A stretch of 26,214 nt of DNA from the sequence record SRR20825019_624; one strand, 5' to 3'. The notes under the pieces were generated by a model. That model had not been told where the DNA came from, ran no database searches, and was given only the letters and a program-made list of their open reading frames with translations. Positions 8,704-19,299 of this stretch are shown piece after piece. The translations under genes and the position numbers were made by a program. How positions within the stretch are numbered: position 1 is the first letter of the stretch; each line of letters starts with the position of its first letter.

Positions 8704-8874
8704 GCATTTTAAAGGGCTGGACCTCGTGCGCCATCATATTATTGTGATGCGACACGAAGGCGCATCATATTGGTTTGGGCTCGCCACGCCCCATATTCAA
8801 AAGCCAGAAAATGATTGAATTGATGTTACTAATGTTGCAAATGCAATATTATAAGTATTGAAGGAAAGCAGTCC

Positions 8875-10227
8875 ATGCAGTTTGATTACGACCTTTTTGT
8901 CATTGGTGCGGGGTCTGGCGGTGTGCGGGCCAGCCGCATTGCGGCAGGGTTTGGCGCGCGTGTCGCTGTGGCGGAAGAATTTCGTGTTGGCGGTACTTGC
9001 GTGATCCGCGGCTGTGTACCCAAAAAACTGCTCGTATATGCGTCTCACTTTTCTGATGATTTTGAAATGGCCAGGGGGTTCGGTTGGAGCGTTGGTGATG
9101 TCAGCTTCGACTGGAAGACGCTGATCGCCCGCAAGGACGCGGAGATAGACCGCTTAAACGGTCTCTATATCAAAACGCTGGACGGCGCAGGTGTCGAGAT
9201 CATCAATGGTCGCGCCACTGTGACAGGCCCGAACAGCGTTGAGGTTGATGGCCGCGAGATTACGGCAAAGACGATTCTGGTTGCTGTCGGGGGTTGGCCG
9301 CAAATGCCAGACGTGCCGGGTATTGAGCATGCGATTTCGTCCAATGAAGCGCTGCACCTTGATGAGCAGCCCAAGCGCATTGTGATTGTGGGTGGGGGTT
9401 ATATCGCCGTTGAGTTCGCGGGCATCTTCCGAGGCATGGGCTCAGAGGTGATCCAGCTTTATCGCAGCGAGCAGATATTGCGCGGTTTTGATGATGATCT
9501 GCGTGACAGGTTGGCCACTGAGATGCGCGGCAAAGGTATTGATCTCCGCACCAATACGAACGTCACAAAAATAGAAAAATCTTCTACTGGAGTGGTGCTG
9601 ACGCTGACCGACGGCTCAACCCTTGAGGCCGACGCCGTGATGTATGCCACCGGCCGTACGCCAAAAACTGAAGGCCTGGGCCTTGATGCTGCGGGGGTGG
9701 AGCTTGCTAAAGGGGGCGCCGTGAAGGTTGATGCCTACGGCAAAACCAATGTGGGCAGCATCTATGCTGTAGGTGACGTGACAGACCGTGTGCAGTTAAC
9801 GCCGGTTGCGATCAAGGAAGGCCACGCGTTTGCGCTCACCGTGTTTGGGGGAGCGCCCACGTCGCCAGCGCATGACGCCGTGCCGAGTGCGGTGTTTTCG
9901 CAGCCGCCGATTGGCACTGTTGGCCTCACGGAGGAGGAAGCAAAAGCCCAGTATGGTGAGGTGGAAGTCTATACGTCCGATTTCCGCCCCATGAAGCACA
10001 CGCTGGGTGGCTCGGACGAGCGGGCTTTTACCAAATTGATCGTTGACAAAACTACTGACAAAGTGGTTGGTGCGCACATGATTGGCGCTGACGCAGCAGA
10101 GATCATTCAGGGTGTTGGTATTGCCGTCAAGGCGGGGCTGACCAAAGCGCAGTTCGATACCACCGTTGCGGTGCATCCCTCAAGCGCAGAAGAATTTGTG
10201 CTGATGCGGACACCGCGCGCGAGTTAA
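8875..10227 (+). CDS. gor: Glutathione-disulfide reductase
   Basis: Motifs DLFVIGAGSGG (FAD), GGTCVIRGCVPKK (redox disulfide), GGGYIAVEFA with YRSEQILRGFD (NADPH), GDVTDRVQLTPVA, HPSSAEE. Confidence 0.96.
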   Translation: MQFDYDLFVIGAGSGGVRASRIAAGFGARVAVAEEFRVGGTCVIRGCVPKKLLVYASHFSDDFEMARGFGWSVGDVSFDWKTLIARKDAEIDRLNGLYIKTLDGAGVEIINGRATVTGPNSVEVDGREITAKTILVAVGGWPQMPDVPGIEHAISSNEALHLDEQPKRIVIVGGGYIAVEFAGIFRGMGSEVIQLYRSEQILRGFDDDLRDRLATEMRGKGIDLRTNTNVTKIEKSSTGVVLTLTDGSTLEADAVMYATGRTPKTEGLGLDAAGVELAKGGAVKVDAYGKTNVGSIYAVGDVTDRVQLTPVAIKEGHAFALTVFGGAPTSPAHDAVPSAVFSQPPIGTVGLTEEEAKAQYGEVEVYTSDFRPMKHTLGGSDERAFTKLIVDKTTDKVVGAHMIGADAAEIIQGVGIAVKAGLTKAQFDTTVAVHPSSAEEFVLMRTPRAS

Positions 10228-10234
10228 ATGAGAG

Positions 10235-10268
10235 TTTTGAGAATATGAGTAGAATTATATTCTCAAAA
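10235..10268. repeat. Perfect 12-bp AT-rich inverted repeat between gor and korA
   Basis: TTTTGAGAATAT (10235-10246), 10-nt spacer, ATATTCTCAAAA (10257-10268). Function (terminator or operator) unresolved. Confidence 0.7.
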
Positions 10269-10408
10269 TAGATGCGTTTCATGCGTATGATAGAAAAATT
10301 TCTTCGCGTTTTGGCTTGAAGATCGTTATTTGTATCGCACATGTGACAAAGAGCATTGACAGCGGGCGTGACTAGGAGTTGCCTGCGGACTTGAAGGAAA
10401 AGTAATCC

Positions 10409-12259
10409 ATGGCTTCTGACGTACAGGTTTTGGAATCGGCGGTTGTCCGTTTTGCGGGCGATAGCGGCGACGGCATGCAGTTGACCGGCAGCCAATTCAC
10501 AACCTCGACCGCGCTGTCGGGCAGCGACCTTGCCACCTTCCCGGATTTCCCGGCTGAGATCAGGGCGCCTGCGGGCACCACCTTCGGTGTTTCTGCCTTC
10601 CAGATCAATTTTGGCGCCAAGTCGATCAAGACGGTAGGTGACAGGCCTGATGTTCTGGTGGCCATGAACCCGGCGGCCCTCAAAGTTAATATCGATACAT
10701 TGCGCCCCGGTGGCTTGCTGGTGGTTGATACGGGCTCATTTACCAAACGGAACCTTCAGAAAGCTGGCTATGAAGTTGACCCTGTGGACACGCATGAGCT
10801 TGATGCTTACCAACTTATTGAACTTGATATCTCAAAGCTGACGCTTGAAGCGGTGAAAGAGTATGGCCTTGGTAACAAGGAAGCGCTGCGCTGTAAAAAC
10901 ATGTGGACACTTGGCATGATGCTCTGGATGTTCAGCCGCAAGCGTGAGCCTGTGATTGACTGGCTTGAGAAAAAATTTGCCAAGAAACCAGACATTGCCG
11001 CCTCTAACGTTGCAGCGCTTAATGCTGGTCATGCTTTTGGTGAGACGGCTGAACTTTCTGCGACCTTCAAACGTTATCAGATCGGCGCGACACACTCTGA
11101 GCCGGGTCTTTATAAAACGGTAACCGGCAGCCAGGCGCTTTCCTGGGGCGTTGCGGCAGGCGGTGAGCTTGCAGGCCTTCCTATCGTGCTTGGCTCATAC
11201 CCCATCACGCCAGCGTCACCCATCCTGCACACACTTTCAAACATGAAAGAGCTGGGTGTAGTGACCTTCCAGGCGGAAGATGAGATTGCTGCAATTTGTG
11301 CGGCTATCGGCGCGGCATATGGTGGCGCGCTTGGTGTTACCAGCTCGTCTGGCCCGGGTATCGCGCTTAAGGGCGAAGCTCTTGGGCTTGCGATCTCAAC
11401 CGAGCTACCAATTCTCGTGATCAACAGCCAGCGCGGAGGCCCTTCCACTGGCTTGCCGACAAAAACGGAACAGTCTGATCTTTATCAGGCGATTTATGGT
11501 CGTAACGGTGATGCGCCACTGCCGGTTATTTCGACCCGTAGTCCGGGCGACTGTTTTGAAGCCGCGATTGAGGCTTGCCGCCTGGCGGTTAAATATATGA
11601 CGCCGGTGATGCTGCTGACCGACGGCTTTATCGCCAATGCTGCGGAACCTTGGAAGCTGCCTGATCTGGACGCGATCGAGCCGTTTACCGTGAAGTTTGC
11701 GGAAGCGCCGGAAGAGGGGCTTGAGTTCAACCCGTTCAAGCGGGATGAAAAAACGCTAGCACGCCATTGGCCGAAGCCGGGCATCAGCGGGACCGAGCAC
11801 CGTATTGGCGGCATTGAGAAAAGCTATAACACCGGCCATATTTCTTATGACCCTGAGAACCACCAGAAAATGACGGATACGCGCGCAGCCAAAATTAATG
11901 GCATCGCTAACGATATTCCGGCGCAGGATGTGGATCAGGGCGAGGAAAAGGGCACGCTTGCGGTTGTAGGCTGGGGGTCAACCTATGGCCCGATCTCGGA
12001 AGCTGTGAAAGCGGCGCGGGCCGATGGCCTTAAGGTTTCACACATTCATATCCGTTATCTTCATCCGTTTCCCGCTAATTTGGGTGACCTTCTGGCAGGA
12101 TTTGATAAAATCATCGTGCCGGAGATGAATACAGGGCAGCTTAAAACCGTGCTTCGGGACAAGTTCCTGTTAGATGCCAAGCCGCTGAACAAAGTTTCGG
12201 GCCAGCCGTTCAAAATCCAGGAAATCCTGGATGCGATCCGCGCTGAAGCCAGCAATTAG
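10409..12259 (+). CDS. korA: 2-oxoacid:ferredoxin oxidoreductase alpha subunit (gamma-alpha fusion)
   Basis: Motifs RFAGDSGDGMQLTG, FPAEIRAPAGT, YPITPAS, QAEDEIAA, SSGPG, QRGGPSTGLPTKTEQSDL, HRIGG, GWGSTYG, PEMNTGQL. Substrate specificity not determined. Confidence 0.93.
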   Translation: MASDVQVLESAVVRFAGDSGDGMQLTGSQFTTSTALSGSDLATFPDFPAEIRAPAGTTFGVSAFQINFGAKSIKTVGDRPDVLVAMNPAALKVNIDTLRPGGLLVVDTGSFTKRNLQKAGYEVDPVDTHELDAYQLIELDISKLTLEAVKEYGLGNKEALRCKNMWTLGMMLWMFSRKREPVIDWLEKKFAKKPDIAASNVAALNAGHAFGETAELSATFKRYQIGATHSEPGLYKTVTGSQALSWGVAAGGELAGLPIVLGSYPITPASPILHTLSNMKELGVVTFQAEDEIAAICAAIGAAYGGALGVTSSSGPGIALKGEALGLAISTELPILVINSQRGGPSTGLPTKTEQSDLYQAIYGRNGDAPLPVISTRSPGDCFEAAIEACRLAVKYMTPVMLLTDGFIANAAEPWKLPDLDAIEPFTVKFAEAPEEGLEFNPFKRDEKTLARHWPKPGISGTEHRIGGIEKSYNTGHISYDPENHQKMTDTRAAKINGIANDIPAQDVDQGEEKGTLAVVGWGSTYGPISEAVKAARADGLKVSHIHIRYLHPFPANLGDLLAGFDKIIVPEMNTGQLKTVLRDKFLLDAKPLNKVSGQPFKIQEILDAIRAEASN

Positions 12260-12271
12260 GGAGTAGGTGCC

Positions 12272-13312
12272 ATGAACGAATTGAGCGCCCCCAAAAAAGA
12301 CCTGACGATTAAAGACTTCACGAGCGATCAGGAAGTGCGCTGGTGCCCCGGCTGTGGTGATTATGCCATTCTCAAATGCATGCAGCGTACGCTGCCGGAA
12401 ATGGGCGTCACCCGCGAGAATACCGTGTTTGTATCTGGCATCGGCTGTTCCAGCCGCTTCCCTTACTACATGGATACATACGGCTTCCATACCATTCACG
12501 GGCGTGCGCCTGCGGTTGCGACGGGCCTCAAGCTCGCAAACCCGGAACTTGATGTTTGGGTGGTAACCGGTGACGGCGATGGTCTCTCGATCGGTGGTAA
12601 CCACCTGATGCACGCGCTCCGCCGTGATGTGGATTTGAATATCCTGCTGTTCAACAACAAGATTTACGGTTTGACCAAGGGGCAATACTCCCCGACCTCG
12701 GACCTTGGCACACGGTCCCCTTCAACGCCGCAAGGTTCTGTTGACCCGGCGCTGAACCCGATCAGCTTTGCGCTGGGTTCAGGCGCGCATTTTGTGGCCC
12801 GCACGGTGGATACAGCCCAGAAGCATATGCCCGGCGTGTTCAAACGGGCGCATGCGTTCAAGGGCGCGTCCTTTGTTGAAATTCTGCAGAACTGTATCGT
12901 CTATAACGATTCTGCCTGGCAGGGTATCACAGAGAAGAGCGTGGCGGCTGACAAGCAACTGCTGCTCGAGCATGGCCAGAAGATGCTGTTTGGCGCTGAA
13001 GGCAACAAGGGCATCCGGTTTAACCCGCAGGCTTTTGCGCTTGAGGTTGTTGTTGTGGGTGAAAACGGTATCACCGAAGATGATATCTTGACCCATGACG
13101 AGACCAACCTGCAGCTCGCGCGCATGCTGGGTGAGCTTGGTGGCAACCCGAATGAGCCGATGGCGATGGGTGTGCTGTATGCGCGTCAGGCAGACCACAG
13201 CTACACCGACGCTGTGATTGGGCAAATGCAGGCCGTGAAAGGCAATACAACGCTCAAGAAGATGATGTATGGCGGCCAGACCTGGCAGGTAAGCGAGACG
13301 ATCACCTCGTAA
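12272..13312 (+). CDS. korB: 2-oxoacid:ferredoxin oxidoreductase beta subunit (TPP and 4Fe-4S binding)
   Basis: Motifs WCPGCGDY, SGIGCSSR, IHGRA, TPP motif GDGD...NN, YGLTKGQYSPT, EILQNC. Starts 12 nt after korA. Confidence 0.93.
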   Translation: MNELSAPKKDLTIKDFTSDQEVRWCPGCGDYAILKCMQRTLPEMGVTRENTVFVSGIGCSSRFPYYMDTYGFHTIHGRAPAVATGLKLANPELDVWVVTGDGDGLSIGGNHLMHALRRDVDLNILLFNNKIYGLTKGQYSPTSDLGTRSPSTPQGSVDPALNPISFALGSGAHFVARTVDTAQKHMPGVFKRAHAFKGASFVEILQNCIVYNDSAWQGITEKSVAADKQLLLEHGQKMLFGAEGNKGIRFNPQAFALEVVVVGENGITEDDILTHDETNLQLARMLGELGGNPNEPMAMGVLYARQADHSYTDAVIGQMQAVKGNTTLKKMMYGGQTWQVSETITS

Positions 13313-13337
13313 TTATCATCAGTTTTACCATTTAGTG

Positions 13338-13365
13338 AAAAGCCCGGCTGTTATGCCGGGCTTTT
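13338..13365. terminator. Bidirectional rho-independent terminator between convergent korB and SRPBCC genes
   Basis: AAAAGCCCGGC-TGTTAT-GCCGGGCTTTT: GC stem flanked by A4 and T4. Confidence 0.85.
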
Positions 13366-13388
13366 AGTTATGCTTGCTGTCAGCTCGG

Positions 13389-13835
13389 TTACATGCCGGC
13401 TGCTTCGATCTTCAGGTCGTTGGGGAAGGGGCGCCCCGTGCCGGTTTCCACCAGATCGCGCATACTGAGGACGAATGTCGCCCATTTAGTTGAGCAGTGA
13501 TGGAAAAAGCCAGCTTCGTCGGCCCAACCGATATGGCGGAACATCAAACGATTTTGGCCGTCGTCGTCGATAATCTTGAACTCAAGTTGGGTGCCTACCC
13601 AGTCGTCCGGCCCTTCGGTTACTTCCCACAGGACAAAGCCGTCGTGGTTTTCTTTAACGACCATGTCGAACCCGCCGTTTTCCCCGAAACGAAAATTGAT
13701 CGTGCCGCCTTTCGCGGGATCGCCGGTGGTTGTTTCGGTCCACCAGCCTTGAAGTCCCTCTAGGGTATCAAGAGCGGCCATTATTTTCGCTTTTGGTGCG
13801 TTGGTACTAAAAGTGTGACAGATATTCGCCATCAT
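13389..13835 (-). CDS. SRPBCC (AHSA1/START-like) domain protein
   Basis: Motifs EGLQGWWT, GGTINFRFG, VLWEV...DWVGTQLEF, LMFRHIGW, CSTKWATFVLSMRDLVETGTGRPFP. RBS GAAGGAG; start is 13835 or 13832. Confidence 0.88.
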   Translation of the reverse strand: MMANICHTFSTNAPKAKIMAALDTLEGLQGWWTETTTGDPAKGGTINFRFGENGGFDMVVKENHDGFVLWEVTEGPDDWVGTQLEFKIIDDDGQNRLMFRHIGWADEAGFFHHCSTKWATFVLSMRDLVETGTGRPFPNDLKIEAAGM

Positions 13836-13951
13836 GTTTCTCCTTCTTGGCTATCTGTCATCCATTTTAGAAGCGGAATATATGATAGAAAGTGAATATG
13901 TGGAATGTCTTAATATTCATTATAATATTGAAATATATACATAAATTTAAT

Positions 13952-13995
13952 TTGATTCTAAAATTGATACATTATATTTTCCATATATGGAAAAT
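13952..13995 (+). promoter_or_regulatory. Predicted leaderless promoter and 20-bp palindromic operator of the ArsR gene
   Basis: TTGATT (13952-13957), 17 nt, TATTTT (13975-13980), 6 nt, ATG 13987, with no RBS. Perfect palindrome ATTTTCCATATATGGAAAAT (13976-13995) covers the -10 and the start codon. Confidence 0.7.
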
Positions 13996-14316
13996 GAAGA
14001 TCATCTCGATGCCGTGTTTATGGCCTTGGCTGACCAGCGCCGGAGGGCAATGCTCGCCGAGCTTGCCGCAGGTCCCCGCTCGATTGGGGATCTAGCTAAA
14101 ATCGGCGGTTGGCGTATGAGTGCCGCATCAAAGAATATCGCTGTGCTTGAGACGGCAGGGTTGGTGCTCAAATCACGCCAGGGCCGTGAGGTCTATTGCC
14201 ATATGAATTTTGACGCTTGGCGTGCGGTTGCCAGTTATATTGCGCTCCACGCCAAGTTTTGGGCCGGACGGTTGGATGAGCTTGAGACTTATATAAAAGA
14301 AGCAGGGGGAGAGTGA
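13987..14316 (+). CDS. ArsR/SmtB family transcriptional regulator (SRPBCC-associated type)
   Basis: LDAVFMALADQRRRAMLAELAAGPRSIGDLA...SAASKNIAVLETAGLVLKSRQGRE winged HTH, and FW..RLDELETYI tail. No CxC metal box in helix 3. Confidence 0.9.
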   Translation: MENEDHLDAVFMALADQRRRAMLAELAAGPRSIGDLAKIGGWRMSAASKNIAVLETAGLVLKSRQGREVYCHMNFDAWRAVASYIALHAKFWAGRLDELETYIKEAGGE

Positions 14317-14317
14317 G

Positions 14318-14755
14318 ATGGAACCACTTGTAATCAAGCGTGTGATGCCGTGCAGCAAGCGCCAACTATTTGACGCGTGGGCGAAACCGTCTGTTATGGC
14401 GCGCTGGTTTTTTGCGAGTCAGACGCCGGTTAAAAACAGCACCGTCCGGAACAGCTTTACGGTGGGCGGTGGCTATAGCTTGACCATGCACCTCAAAACC
14501 GGCGATTACACCATGAACGGTGAGTATAAGGAGATCAATCGCTACAACCGCATTATCTTCACCTGGAGCTCACATATCATCGAGCACAGCCTGGTACAGC
14601 TTGATTTCAGGGAGCTTTCTCCAAACCGGACAGAAATGGTGCTAACCCAAACCCGCTTTCCATCTGACGAGGTGCGGGCAAGCCATGATCAGGGTTGGAG
14701 CGGTTGTCTTGACAGTCTTGAGCGTTTTGTCGCCGCTGAATACGGCGAAGCCTAG
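14318..14755 (+). CDS. SRPBCC (AHSA1 / CalC-like) domain protein
   Basis: Motifs LFDAWAKPSVMARWF, VGGGYSLTM, GEYKEI...RIIFTW, TEMVLTQ, HDQGWSGCLDSLE. Starts 1 nt after the ArsR stop. Confidence 0.9.
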   Translation: MEPLVIKRVMPCSKRQLFDAWAKPSVMARWFFASQTPVKNSTVRNSFTVGGGYSLTMHLKTGDYTMNGEYKEINRYNRIIFTWSSHIIEHSLVQLDFRELSPNRTEMVLTQTRFPSDEVRASHDQGWSGCLDSLERFVAAEYGEA

Positions 14756-15450
14756 TCTTTAAGGCCATCCCTATAGTTCAGGCGCGCCAGATAAGTCTTG
14801 AGGCTCGTCTCAGCCGTATCAGTGAAGATCTCACCGGTTGAGCTTGCGTTCAGCATGCGGTCCAGCCTGAAGTGGCGGAAGTCTTTCCTCAACTCGCACC
14901 ATGCCAACATCATCCAGACGGGGCCAATAAATACTAGCGATAGCGGCCTGACCCGCCGCCGTGTGGCAATGCCTTCTTCGTCGGCATAACTGAGGTCCAG
15001 CACTTCTTTATGCCGCACCGCTTGCCTCAGGTATGAGAAATCAATGTTCCATGGCAATTTTGCCCGCGACGGCGGGGCGAAAAGCGCGATGCCGGAGAAG
15101 GTTTCCCGGTCGTGGGCGGTGAGCACGTTTTTGATCTTGAGAATCAGGCTTTTTGCGGACGCAGCCATTTTCTCGTCAGTCCAACTTGAAACCATCGCGG
15201 CCCCCAGCATCAAGGTTTCAAGCTCGTTGACATCAAAACTCATGGGCGGCAGGTAGTAGCTTTTGTCGAGAATATAGCCCACACCGGCTTCGCCAGAAAT
15301 GGGCACTCCTGTGGTGATCAGGTCCTGGATGTCGCGGTACACTGTTCGCACGCTAATATCAAATTCATCAGCGATATCCTGCGCGGTGATGGCAATACGC
15401 CGTCCCTGCAGGAAACTAACGATCTGGAAAAGGCGGTCTGCGCGTCTCAT
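14752..15450 (-). CDS. YafY-type HTH-WYL domain transcriptional regulator
   Basis: MRRADRLFQIV...TAQDIADEFDISVRTVYRDIQDL...GVPISGEAGVGY (HTH_11). WYL domain RRVRPLSL...WMMLAWCELRKDFRHFRLDRM. 232 aa, with no C-terminal WCX domain. Confidence 0.93.
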   Translation of the reverse strand: MRRADRLFQIVSFLQGRRIAITAQDIADEFDISVRTVYRDIQDLITTGVPISGEAGVGYILDKSYYLPPMSFDVNELETLMLGAAMVSSWTDEKMAASAKSLILKIKNVLTAHDRETFSGIALFAPPSRAKLPWNIDFSYLRQAVRHKEVLDLSYADEEGIATRRRVRPLSLVFIGPVWMMLAWCELRKDFRHFRLDRMLNASSTGEIFTDTAETSLKTYLARLNYRDGLKD

Positions 15451-15456
15451 GATGCC

Positions 15457-15494
15457 ATTATACTCATGCCTACTGACAAAAAACGTCAGCAGGC
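15457..15494 (-). promoter_or_regulatory. Predicted leaderless promoter of the WYL gene with a palindromic operator over the -35 position
   Basis: Minus-strand TATAAT at 15462-15457, 6 nt before the ATG, with no RBS. Inverted repeat GCCTaCTGAC-N7-GTCAGcAGGC at 15468-15494 (9 of 10 positions match). Confidence 0.7.
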
Positions 15495-15536
15495 TGGCAG
15501 TAGCCTGTCAAAAGGTCAAGCGAAAGGCATGAGGTG

Positions 15537-19299
<3,763 letters not shown>

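Noticed and set aside
6232..10345. GCACATGTG occurs in two spacers (6232-6240 upstream of the racemase and 10337-10345 upstream of korA)
   Set aside because: A shared 9-mer among about 2 kb of intergenic DNA is plausible by chance and the flanks do not match.
13892..14095. 67-aa Ile/Lys-rich ORF starting in the AT-rich spacer
   Set aside because: Composition merely reflects AT-rich DNA, it overlaps ArsR out of frame, and it has no RBS.
14752..15450. WYL protein as a marker of a phage-defence island (BrxR/CapW type)
   Set aside because: It is the short YafY-type housekeeping form, and no nuclease, methylase, Cas, toxin-antitoxin or integrase genes are nearby.
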